A stretch of DNA of 64,000 nucleotides from Lama glama (Eukaryota). A program made the position numbers and the translations under genes. The notes beneath the pieces were generated by a model. The model had not been told where the DNA came from, did not search any database, and saw only the letters and a program-made list of their open reading frames with translations. Positions 24,648-35,997 of the stretch are shown one piece after another (position 1 is the first letter of the stretch; each line of letters begins with the position of its first letter). The stretch spans positions 77,378,001-77,442,000 of the forward strand of contig CM052816.1 of assembly GCA_028534125.1 (NCBI GenBank). The letters run 5' to 3'.

Positions 24648-27529
24648 GTAAGTGTCTCTCAGTTAAAGTGCTTTAAAATATTTTTTGAATTTACTTTTTA
24701 ACGGGAAAACTTTGGTTTATAACATTGTACGTTTCATGTGTACAACATTATATTTCTCCCCTGTGTACACTGCAGCGTGCTCACCATCAAAAATATATAT
24801 GTATTTTTTTAAAAAAGAGCAACACATGGAGTGAGTGGTTGCAGTGCAGTGACTGTTCTCCCTCACCACTGGGCAGGGTGTGGGTTGGTCTGACTTTTCT
24901 GGGAGGCGGTTTGTGGCACTATGTGTGTGAGACGATTCATAGCCTTGGATCCAGTCATTACTTACCTAGGAATTTATCCTGAGAAATAATCAGAGAGTAG
25001 CACAGATTTACAACTAAGAACATTCACCATAACATTATTTATAGTTGTAAAAATTGAAAACATCCCAAGTAACAAATAGGAGAAGGTGATTTATAGCTCA
25101 TTTATAAAATGGAAAGGTAAGTAGCACTAAAGGTGGAACAACAGAGGGCAGTGCTCGAGAGAAAAGAAGACTACAAGCTCTCGGCGGTGTGATCTCACCC
25201 ATCCTCCTTTTGCCCTCGTTCACCCAGGGCCTGGATTGCTGAGCAGGAAGGACTTGTTCCCATCACCACTTTCCCTGGTGTAGGTCAGGGGGCCAAGGGC
25301 AGCCCCCCCGACCCCGTGCCCGGCTGCCCCAGGCTGTGAGCTGCCCTTGATACGATGCAGCCTGAGGTTCAGCCAGGAGGATGGTGGTAGCCTCCAGGCT
25401 GAAGCAGCCTTGTCCTTTGGAATTACAGCCCCCTGTCATGATCACTGCCCCTTCTGAGCAGCTGACGAGCGTGGACTGTGCCTCTACCTGTGGGAATTCT
25501 GGAACGTGTCGCAGGGATGCTTCTTGGCGTCGTTCCCCTCTTACGGTTCTCCCTCCCGTGTTAGTGATGTTCAGGGGAGCTGCTGATTCTCTCTCCCTGG
25601 GAACGCATTCTACTCATTTACTTTGTTCACTGTCAGATGGTGAGGATGAGCCCCGTTCATTGGGTTCCTACATGTGGCTTCAGATTATTTTCCGGTTCTG
25701 CTTGGAATGCAGCCAGACTCCTTCACATGCACAGTTGGCCAAGGCCTTGAGGGTCGCCCTCGTCCTTTCTCGCTGCACATGTCACTTAGCAGCGTGCCCA
25801 GCCGCGCCTCGCCCTCTTCTTTCCTGCACCTCCCTGTGCGTCTCCCCTGTGTGTAGCTGCCCGAGTCTGACCCAGTACTAGTGACTCCATAAATTCTAAC
25901 CCCACTTCCATCCTTTCTCACCCGGGCTTGGAGAATAATCAGAATGGACTGGGGCAGGGTAGAGTGATGTGGACCAGCATCGCTTTAGATAGAATACCTG
26001 GGATGTAACTTTAAGCTGAGACCTGTTGGGTGAGATGGAGAACTTTCCACGCTGAGGCATGTGAGCGAAGGCCCTACCTACAGTAGCTGAGAAACCAGAG
26101 GCTCCGAGAAGCTCGGTAACTTGCCCAAGGTCGCAAAGCTAGTATCTGATCACACCAGGGTTTAACTTAAAAGCAACTCAGAGCTATTCAGAGCTTTAAG
26201 AGGCTGGGGGTTTTGTCTTTTATTTACTGCTGCTGGGACAGAGTATGGCCACAGTGGGCACGTTTCCTATTCCTTTCTCACCCAGGCATCCACTCTTTCA
26301 ACTTCCCACTCTCTTTTATGACCACAAAACACGTTTCTAATGCTCAAAACACATGGGCTCTTTTTCTTTTTAAGGCAGCAAAACCCTGGAGAATATTGAT
26401 ATGCATAATTATAACATAAAACTAGGCACAGATTTCCTAACATACATGTGGTATAGAATCAGAACCTGAAGCATACTTGTCCCCAAAGAAAAAAGTCGCA
26501 AAGTGATTTTAGAGGTTGACCATCTCACTTTCCAGCCTGTGGAGCACTGGTGTTCTGAGCCAGAGAGCCAGTGCTTTAGCCGCACGAAAATGACTGTATT
26601 CCACAGATTAAGTGCAGTCCCGGATACTGCCATTTCCCCCCAGTCTCTTCTTCCCAGATCGCTGCTGGTGAGCTACTAAGCATCCTTCAAGGCTCTTTTC
26701 AAATGTCACTTCTTGGTGGCTTTTTCTGACCTTCTTAGCCTCATTTGGTCCCTCACTGAAGGGGCCACAGACTATGAAAGGTCCCCCTAGTCAAAACACT
26801 GTCTTGTGGGGACCCCTCCTCATGTGTCTCCCCAACTCTCTGCCGACTGCCCCAGGCCGGGGGCTTTGGTAACAGTGCACTGCTGTGGTCCCAACACTTT
26901 ACGCACTACCTTGTACTGAGTCGGCATTTAAAAGTGATTACCTTGGATTGAAGTTAAAGTTGCTTCTCTTGTGTGTCTTGTGGAGTTAACTCAGGGGCAC
27001 TCCGTGGCAATGCTGTGGAGAGGATAGACTAAGGCCCATTTCCTTTGACACTGAAGTGTCACAGTAGAGTGGAAATTTTAGTATCTGATTGTTGGAACAA
27101 GGAAAGAACAATGAGTTCTTTCCAACCCAGAAATAACCCTATTTAGGGAAGGGCTTTTCAGAGGCATAATATGCGTGATCTGGACCTGGGATGGGTTAGA
27201 AAACTGACCCTGGATCAAATCTGGGGAGAAGTCGTCATTGCCTGATTTGAAGGAACAAAATGAAGGTCTTGATTACCATTTTTTCCTTTTCAAGGTGATG
27301 TCATGTTATAATACTAAACTTTACAGCAGAAATGAATTTGTTTGATTTTTGCTGAGTTAATTTTTCATTCTGAATATTTACCAATTTTGAAAATGCAGAT
27401 GTATTTTCTATAATCTTTTTAAAATTAGCATTGGAAATTTCAGAGTAAGTTATAAGTTTGATATTTCTAAAATAGATATTTACAGTAATATTTACTTAGA
27501 AAAGTTTATTGATTGTGTTCATCCTATAG

Positions 27530-27631
27530 ATCAGTTTCGACCAGGCGTAAGATACAATTTTTTCCTGTATGGATGCAGAAATCAAGGATATCAATTATTA
27601 CGTTCTATAATTGGATATGTAGAAGAATTGG
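27530..27631 (+). CDS. LIFR: LIFR exon 15 equivalent, 102 nt
   Basis: ctatag|AT...TTGG|gtaagt; QFRPGVRYNFFLYGCRNQGYQLLRSIIGYVEEL. Confidence 0.97.
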
Positions 27632-28253
27632 GTAAGTTAAATGGGTTAGTTTTCTTAGAGTTCAAGATAACACGACAAGTTATAAATGGATAACAGTTGT
27701 AAGATTGAATTCTAAAAATAGGTTGATTTGAGCTGTTTATTTGTTCAAGGAAGAAAAATAATTTGATAACTATAAAATTATTTGTAATTACTTATTCTTC
27801 ATTTTTTAAATATTTATATTTCACAATTTTACTATTGTCATTGAGAAAATTAAATCTTAATTTGGATTTCAGAAATTACCTAATTTGCACTTACACAAAT
27901 TTTTAAAAATATTAACTTATTGAAGACTATCAGTAAAGAGGGGAAATACAAGTAAAAGTCTATTTAAGTGGCCACCTCAATAGAAAAATTTAAAGATTTT
28001 GCATAGATTACCTCCCCAGTTAGGTATTATATCTAAAATATGTAAGTTCTACCTTTGTGTCTCTGGTTACTACTATATAAGCTTCACAGCAAAAGCATTT
28101 GTGATAATATCTGTGAAAGTTTATGATTCAATAGAGAATAAAGTTCTAATTCCAAGTTTAACTATTTTTGAAGCTAGAAATCTCACTAAACCTCAGTGCT
28201 TTACTCTGTATTAGTAATCTCTCCTTTAAATACTGACCCTTCTCCTTTCATAG

Positions 28254-28421
28254 CTCCAACTGTTGCACCAAATTTTACTGTTGAGGATACATCTGCAGAT
28301 TCGATATTAGTGAGATGGGAAGATATTCCTGTGGAAGAGCTTAGAGGCTTTTTAAGAGGATATTTATTTTACTTTGAAAAAGGAGAAAGAGACACATCTA
28401 AGATGAGGGGTTTGGAATCAG
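28254..28421 (+). CDS. LIFR: LIFR exon 16 equivalent, 168 nt, FNIII
   Basis: tttcatag|CT...TCAG|gtgagt; PTVAPNFTVEDTSADSILVRWEDIPVEELRGFLRGYLFYFEKGERDTSKMRGLES. Confidence 0.98.
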
Positions 28422-29499
28422 GTGAGTAAATACTAGAGTAAGTACACCGTGTCTTAGAAGTTCTTCATTAACTCCAAAAAAAAAAAAAAAAAGAAGAAGA
28501 AGAGGAAAGAAAGCATGAAGGAAGATGCTGCTGAGTAGTTTAGACTGGTTTCCAAAACTGTCTGAAAAATAAGGAAGTAAAAATGCAATCATTTGATGAA
28601 TATGAAAATTTTAAAATTTTAGTATGTGACAAATGGCATGTAGTCTTTCAGAAACCATTTATTCTGAAGCCTTTGATTTTGTGCCCCGTGGGACAGAGAC
28701 CATCTCTTACTGGTCTTGCATGATCCATAACATAGCATCTTATGAAGATTACTTGAAAAAAAAACCTTACAATAATGGAGGAGAAAACTCAGGAACCTAA
28801 AGATTGGCCTCGGAGCCTCCTTTTATCTGACAGAGAGCCATCCACCCAGTTAGCCACGGCCTTAATGAACTGGGAGACCCAATTAAGTTGACTGGGGATG
28901 TGTGTATCCATTAGGTCTTAAAAAGCATATTCAGCCCTTGACAATTGTCCAGAGACCTTTGAGAGTCCCCAGAGTTACAAATGCAGAAATGCTTATGCAG
29001 ACCTTTGGCTTTTAAAGCCTAAGTCATATGTTTCTGTTGGGAGTCAGATGTTTCTTATTCATGGCTGAACAACACAAGCATATCATCTCTTCAGTTTGGG
29101 AGCTTTCATTTTCCTTAATGACCTCTCTTTGGAAAGAAACCATTTAAATTGTTTGGTGCCTTTCTGACAAGTAGAGAACAGCAACGCTACACAGAGATGC
29201 TGACCAACTGGGCATCAGCTTAGTCACCTCCCAAGAGCAGCTGCGTAAACGAGCACCTGCCCCACATCTCTATGTTCTGCATTCCTGAGCCATCAAAGTT
29301 GAGGGAAGCCCTAAATGAATCAGATTATGCAAACATCCAGAGTCTAGTGTAATTTCCCTCAGATGCTCAGAAATTTTACACTTGAACCAGTTAAAGTTCT
29401 AGCATGTAGACTTCTGGTTAGGCTGAATTGGTCATTAAAAGTCGAATAAAAGAGAGAGAGAAAAACCAACACATAAAGACACAGAGAACTGGAGGGGCC

Positions 29500-31560
29500 A
29501 GAAAAGAGGATTTGGGAACGGGAGTGGGTAGAAGTGTGACAAGTGACTTGGAGGAGTAGAAGGTAGGGAAGTCTACGTGGACGGTTGGGCTTCAGTAAGA
29601 AGTCATTTGGTTCATCCTGCAGGGCCAGGAGTGAGGGCCAATGGTTAGGATGCATCTGGGCTGAACAGTGGGAGCTGATTGAAAGTCAGTAGGGAGCAGT
29701 TAGAACTCCCAAGTCCTATATCAGCTTCATGCAGCTAACGTGAGTGCCCTCTCCCCTGCCTGAGGACAGAAGGTTTATTCTGAACCAGAGAGCCTCAGGA
29801 CAGGGAGCCTTAGTAAACGGCGTGACCTCCCCTCTTCCTCCTCCCACCCATCTAATAGGACATCTTCAGCTGGGCCTATTTCCCCGGTAAGAGGTGAGAG
29901 AACTAAAGTAAATGGCTCCTGAGGAAAGACATAGAAGATGCTAATATTTGGGGGATGTTCCCAGTGAAGAGTCAGGAGCCCCCCCCCCCGGTCATTCCCC
30001 ACCAGTGATAAGTGAAGCCCACCAGCCAATAAACCCCAACTATGTACCCCGAGCTTCCAATGAGCCTTTTAGAGGCTCGCTCTTGAACATAACTAGCAGC
30101 CAGGGATAAACAGGTGCTGGAGAGGCTTCTAACGTGAAAGACAGAAGCTAGGAGAAATTAGAGCACTGTGGGAAAACAAAAAAAATTTAAAACAAAACAA
30201 AACTATCCTTGGATAGTTGAGATAGCCAGTATTTATTGAAAAGACATGATGCTATAAAAAGGGACAATCAGAAGACAGTTAAAGAACTCCTCAAAATTAA
30301 AAATATGATCAAATAAATTTTTAAGGAATTAAATAGAAGTAGAGAAATTAAATGGAAAAATAGAATAATTCTTCTCAAAATCAAAGACAAAGGAGAAAAC
30401 TTGTAAAAAGAAAACTAGGAAAAGATGGGAAAGTTGGGGCTTGAGTCAAAGACCTGAAGTGTCCTCCTTTACAGGAGTTCTGTTCAAGAGAAGAATGAAA
30501 AGGAGAGAAGAAAATTATCAAAAAAAAATAGTAGGAGAAAATTTCCCCAAACTGAAAGATAGTAAAAGGTCCCATCAAGTACAAAATAAAATAAATAGAA
30601 AGATCTGTGCCCAAGTATGTCACCATGAATTTTCAGAGCACCTAATATATAAAGAAAAAGTCCCAGAAACAGTCAGACAAAAGCAGCTCTTGTGCAGGGG
30701 ATTAGGGTGAGAATGGCTGCAGACTTCTCAACAACTTACCAGATACGAGAAGCTATCACAGCGACGTCTTCAAACTACTGTGTAAAAATTATTTTCAGCC
30801 TAAAATTCTGTACCCAGCTAATTTATTGACTAATATGAGAGTAGAATGAAGACATTCTTAGACATGTAAGGCAACATCTATTTACTTCCCGCCTATATCC
30901 CTTCACCAGAAGCTACTAGAAGTCATGCATCAACATGAGGAAATAAGTGGGGCAGGGAATTCCAGGACAAGGTTTCCAGTCCAGAGCAGATGCCCCAGGA
31001 AGCAGCCTGGGAGGGAAGTGGGCAGGGGCTGGGGGAGGCAGTGGCACTGGGATTTTGTTGTGTTGGACCACATGGAACATCGTATTGGAGGATGTGGGAA
31101 GAATTAGGAATTGGTACATCAAGCAAATAAGGGGGAAAAGCCATTGTAACAACAGAAAGAAAGAAAGGAAACATGATCGTAGTGGGCAGTTTGTCTTGGC
31201 ATTAATCCATATTTGTATGATCTCAGTCATGTAAATACTGAGTTTACCAAGTGTTCTGATGTTTCTGTGTGAATTATGTGGGCTGAGGGGAGAAGGGATA
31301 TGTTGTGTGAGAGCTGAATCTCCATCTGCCTGGTAGGACATGAGTAGACAATGTCTAAAATTTCAAAATCAGCACTGCCAATCTAAGTTTACCACAAAAT
31401 GTGAAAGTAAATACCCAGAGCAACTGATAACATGATTTTAAAGTGATGCAGGTGGCAGGGGAAGGTGCTGGCAGGGAATGCTACTTTTTGTTAGTCATTC
31501 AGTGTGATTTAATTTTTAAACTATTGTCTTGCATTATTTTGGTTCAAATTTTAAAAATAA
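29500..31560 (+). mobile_element. Degenerate HAL1 / L1 ORF1-type element, sense to LIFR (intron 16)
   Basis: ORF1 remnants (gaaaatttccccaaactgaaag = ENFPKLK; gaatggctgcagacttctca; cctaaaattctgtacccagc = PKILYPA) followed by HAL1-like 3' sequence rather than ORF2; boundaries approximate. Confidence 0.65.
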
Positions 31561-31789
31561 TCATTTGAACAATTCTTCAGACTTCCTCTTGAAATGATGC
31601 CAAGGCTTCCTCACTGGTGTCTCGCTTGAGAACCTGGATGCACTGCCTCATTTCCTGAGTGATTTGGAGCGGTCCCTGCTGATTTGTTCTCTTATTCCCT
31701 GGAGTTTCTCTCTCGATTCACAGGCATGATCAGCCCCAGTGGGTTTGGGTTGTGGTGGGTTTCAGTGCTGTTGGTATCAGAAAGAGAAG

Positions 31790-31985
31790 ACTTACTGATT
31801 GTTTGCTGTATGCCAGGCGTTATTCTATAGAATATGTGTACAAAAACTTCCCACAGCCCAGTGAGGTAAGTCGTGATACTCTGCTTCATAGTTAGAGAAA
31901 CTCAGGTTCACAGTGGTTTAAATCATGTGTCCAGATAACATATCCACTAACTGGCAGGGGTAGAACTTGAACGTGGCTCTGGCTG
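31790..31985 (-). mobile_element. MIR SINE
   Basis: ttcatagttagagaaactcaggttcacagtggtttaaatcatgtgtccagataaca. Confidence 0.6.
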
Positions 31986-32117
31986 GCTCCATGGGCCTCG
32001 GCCCTGCAAGCGGCCAGCATTCAGAATCACTTACAAGGAACGTGGGAAGGACAGCTGTGAATAACCATGTGTTTAAATTGGTATAGAGATCAGTGATAAT
32101 CTTCTCTTTAAATATAG

Positions 32118-32279
32118 GTCGTTCTGACATAAAGGTTAAGAATATTACTGACATATCCCAGAAGACACTGAGAATTGTTGATCTGCAAGGTAAAACCAGT
32201 TACCACTTGGTCTTGCGAGCCTATACGGATGGAGGAATGGGCCCAGAGAAGAGCATGTTTGTGGTGACAAAGGAAAATT
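32118..32279 (+). CDS. LIFR: LIFR exon 17 equivalent, 162 nt, last extracellular exon
   Basis: aatatag|GT...AATT|gtgagt; RSDIKVKNITDISQKTLRIVDLQGKTSYHLVLRAYTDGGMGPEKSMFVVTKEN. Confidence 0.97.
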
Positions 32280-32771
32280 GTGAGTTAAATGTTGCCACCG
32301 AGATACTTTCCATACTTAAATGCATTGTTTCTAGTGATTATTTACTTTTCACATTTTGTTGCACTTTTATAGTGGGTAGAGGACATTGTTAAAAAGGCCA
32401 TAGGATGACTTCATATTTGTTCTTACTAATTATCTGAAGCAATTCCCTAGTGAGTACTCAAAGAATTAATGAATTAAGGATGCATCTGAAGTCTAGAGTT
32501 CTAAATTCATGTTGAATTTATATGCCGGTCAACTAGTTTTAAATTTCTTGTCAGAAATATTCTGTGATTTTTAACATATCAAGGGAAGAGTGTAAGAAGT
32601 ATCCTTAAAAAAAAAAGTGTAAAGAACAACACTCATAAATTTAAGATGAAAGTAGAGAAGAATGATGGACTTGACTATTTGTCAACAGCAAAGAACTTTC
32701 ATTTGAGCACAGGCTTATTGTCCAGCCCGAGGTTGGAGTTCATACATGCCCTTAAATAAAGGGCTGTTTAG

Positions 32772-32987
32772 ATTTGGTTCTCGTCTGGGGGTGGTTTTGC
32801 CTCCTAGGGAACACTTGATGGTGTCTGGTGACATTTTTGGTTGGTGCTACTGGTATTTGGTGGTTAGAGCCCCAAGGATGCTGTTAAATTTCCTGCAGTG
32901 CATAACAGCCTCTTCCTCAAAAAATACACAACAAAGAAATGAAATACCTGCCCCAAATGTTACTAGTGCCAAGATGAAGAAACCCTG
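32772..32987 (+). mobile_element. MER20 hAT-Charlie DNA transposon
   Basis: tggttctcgtctgggggtggttttgcctcctagggaacac...gtctggtgacatttttggttg...ccccaaatgttactagtgccaagatgaagaaaccctg. Confidence 0.85.
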
Positions 32988-32998
32988 CTCTGAAGAAT

Positions 32999-33080
32999 TT
33001 AAGTATTAGTATAAAAATCAAGTATATTTAGTATATACCAAGTATCAGAATAAAAATTATTTAAGTATTAGTATAAAATT
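32999..33080. repeat. Degenerate ~20-bp tandem repeat (aagtattagtataaaa)
   Basis: About four imperfect copies of aagtat(t)agtataaaa. Confidence 0.6.
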
Positions 33081-33244
33081 ACACTTTTTAAGATTATATT
33101 TTAATAGTCTTCCAGTGTCTCTCAAGAAGTTAGGATTATTTTTTCTTCAAAAAATCTACCAACTTAAATATCTTGTAATATAAGTTTATTCTATAGATTA
33201 TACAAAAAATACTGACTTTAATATTTTCAATATTCTCTTTTCAG

Positions 33245-33338
33245 CTGTGGGATTAATTATCGCCATTCTCATCCCAGTGGCGGTGGCTGTCATTGTTGGA
33301 GTGGTAACGAGTATCCTTTGCTATCGGAAACGAGAATG
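33245..33338 (+). CDS. LIFR: LIFR exon 18 equivalent, 94 nt, transmembrane helix
   Basis: tttcag|CT...AATG|gtaatc; VGLIIAILIPVAVAVIVGVVTSILCYRKREW (hydrophobic span followed by a basic stop-transfer cluster). Confidence 0.98.
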
Positions 33339-34928
33339 GTAATCATTTACTCTTGCTGTTTTGTTCTTAAGGGCATGAATATTTCATTTATGTGTTAACA
33401 AACAAGTACATCTTTTTGATGGAAGCTAGGTATTAAAAAATGTCTGTGTTAGGATTAATGTGTTGGAGTTAATATTATGCAAGAATATGACATATTATTT
33501 AAAGGTTTTAAAATTAATAGAGTAAAAGTCAGTTTTTCCCTACTGTATTTACTAATTAAAGTAATAACAGTTACACTCAGAAATTTTTTTTACAGTCATA
33601 AATATGGCAATAGCTAATATGCAAGATTAAATATAATGTAATGATTAAGATCTCATTTGTCCTGGTGACCTATTTAGAAAGTGTGGTCACTTTTATTCAT
33701 TTAGGATATCATGGTGAACTAATGAGCATGGTCCTTGGACTTAGAGGATAGTGGAGAGGATGAACATTAAACTCATACTCATTCGGTAAATACAGGTGTA
33801 CAGAGTGTGAGTGGGTGCTTGGAAGGGCACTGGAGGCGCTCAGCCAGTGCTTCCTGTGGGAGTTCCGCTGGAGCAGAGTCCCAGAGAGGAGGGAGCGGGG
33901 GAAGAATGTGCCAGGCAGAGGGAGTAGCTTCTGTGAGGGCCCCGAAATTGTTGAGAACTTGATCTTCTGGAGAAGTGAGAGGAACTGTGTGTCTGGGTGC
34001 AGCGAGAGAGTGAGTGGGCGAGCCGAGGTGAGGTCAGCAGGGGTTCAGGAGAGGGTGCCGCGGAATCAGCCGGCAGGAGCTGTCCTGGGCCGGGCTCGGG
34101 GCCGAAGGCCTAGCTCATGTGTATGTGATCCTTGCTGGCCTTAACTACGTACCGTTTGTGATGAAGAAGAGAACATATTCTAACAACCCTGGCTTCTGAA
34201 TCAAAACAGTAATAGTTTAGAACTGTAGACTGCCCTGTTTTGGTAACAAAATTCTCATTACCAAAAATCGCATTTTAAAAATTATTTCAATACAAAAAGG
34301 AGATAAAGACATAGTTTGGAAGTTAGAGCATTTCGGACTTAAATTAATAAGCTAAGTTGTTTTTTGGTTTTGGTTTTTTCCTGCATGAATTTCAAATAAT
34401 GTTCTTTTTAACAGCTGTAAATAGGATAGGGCACTGAGCAAATTTCCTTTTCGTTTGTGTTCAGTTTTTGCTCAAGATGAATAGCCTTCATTTTCCTGAT
34501 CATCTAAAGCCTGTTAAGAACAGGGGAGAACTGCATAATGCAGATGTGTTCCCTGAGCAGTCGACCGTGCTTAATCCAGTTTGCAGTGTGAACATTTTGG
34601 TTTGATGAGTAATGCCCGTATTATACTTTTGACTTGGTAACACAATCACCATGTTAATTCTTTGCTTTCCAGTTCCATAAGATACGTAAGATACTGCAGT
34701 TCTAGAATTAGAAGTACTATTTCTAGTTTTCAGATAGAAACTCTCAGTGTCTCGTGTCAAAAGCTCTTGCAAGTGATCACACCGAAAATGATCATCGTTT
34801 TATCTCAGATGTTCAAATTAGAGTATTCATATGAAACATCCAAATAAGCCTGATAACTTACTAACTTATTTGTTGTCTAATTGATAATCTTATCACTATT
34901 AAATGTACTTAATCATCTTTATTTAAAG

Positions 34929-35007
34929 GATTAAAGAAACCTTCTACCCTGATATTCCAAATCCAGAAAATTGTAAAGCTTTACAGTTTCAAAAGAGTGT
35001 CTGTGAG
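34929..35007 (+). CDS. LIFR: LIFR exon 19 equivalent, 79 nt, Box1 JAK-binding motif
   Basis: atttaaag|G...GAG|gtaatc; IKETFYPDIPNPENCKALQFQKSVCE. Confidence 0.97.
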
Positions 35008-35373
35008 GTAATCCTTTATTTTCTTACATTTCTCTTTGAAGTACTGACTTCCTTTTGTTAGCCTTTTGTGAAAAGTTTTTAATAGGTAGATGTCATCCAA
35101 AGTAAAACGTATTGAGAAAATAGCAATGCTTTAACATCTGCTGAACGCCTGAAATTATTCATTTTAAATTGTTTGCACATGGTTTTTTCCCACTACTATT
35201 AAGAGCAAGGAAAATGCTGATATGTAGAAAGAACAAAGTAACTTTGCTCTAGTATGCACTACAGAATAGTAGAGCTGTGAAAAAAAATTAAAGATAATGC
35301 TTCTTTTTGTAGGAAGGGTGCTGCAGCAGCTTTTTGTGCCATCCCTAATCCCTGTTTTAAAATCTATTCCTAG

Positions 35374-35997
35374 GGAAGCAGTGCTCTTAAAACATTGGAA
35401 ATGAATCCTTGTACCCCAAATAATGTCGAGGTTCTGGAAACGAGATCCATGGTTCCTAAAACAGAAGATACAGAAATAATTTCTCCAGTAGCTGAGCGTC
35501 CGGAAGATAGCTCTGATGTGGAACCCGAAAACCATGTGGTTGTATCCTATTGTCCACCGGTCATTGAGGAAGAGATAGCCAACCCCGGAGCCGATGAAGC
35601 CGGAGGGGCCTCACAAGTCATTTATATTGACATCCAGTCCATGTATCAGCCTCAGGCAAAGCCAGAGGAAGAACCAGAAAATGACCTTGTTGGGGGGGCA
35701 GGCTATAAGCCACAGATGCACCTCCCCGTTACTTCTACTGTGGAAGATCTAGCTGCAGAGGACGACTTAGATAAAACTGCAGGTTACCGACCTCAGGCGA
35801 ATGTAAATACTTGGAACTTAGTATCTCCAGACTCACCTAGGTCCACAGACAGCAACAGTGAGATTGTCTCTTTTGGAAGTCCATGCTCCACTAACTCCCG
35901 ACAATTTCTGATTCCTCCTAAAGATGAAGAGTCGCCTAAGTCCAGTGGAGGAGGGTGGTCCTTCACAAACTTTTTTCAGAACAAACCAAACGATTAA
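35374..35997 (+). CDS. LIFR: LIFR last coding exon (exon 20 equivalent), cytoplasmic tail
   Basis: cctag|GGA...TAA; GSSALKTLEMNPCTPNNVEVLE...FFQNKPND*. Contains the VIYIDI SHP2/SOCS3-type tyrosine and three YXXQ STAT3 sites (YQPQ, YKPQ, YRPQ). Confidence 0.99.
   Translation, partial: GSSALKTLEMNPCTPNNVEVLETRSMVPKTEDTEIISPVAERPEDSSDVEPENHVVVSYCPPVIEEEIANPGADEAGGASQVIYIDIQSMYQPQAKPEEEPENDLVGGAGYKPQMHLPVTSTVEDLAAEDDLDKTAGYRPQANVNTWNLVSPDSPRSTDSNSEIVSFGSPCSTNSRQFLIPPKDEESPKSSGGGWSFTNFFQNKPND

Noticed and set aside
22940..25881. Several 110-184 aa ORFs in LIFR introns 13 and 14
   Set aside because: GC-rich sequence poor in stop codons; no recognisable protein similarity, and several overlap on both strands.
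28476..28510. A-rich run just after LIFR exon 16 suggesting a transcript end
   Set aside because: It is a genomic poly(A)/GAA tract and would more likely cause oligo-dT internal-priming artefacts.
32999..33080. Repeat-spacer-like array
   Set aside because: A short degenerate AT-rich tandem repeat in a mammalian intron, with no unique spacers; not CRISPR.
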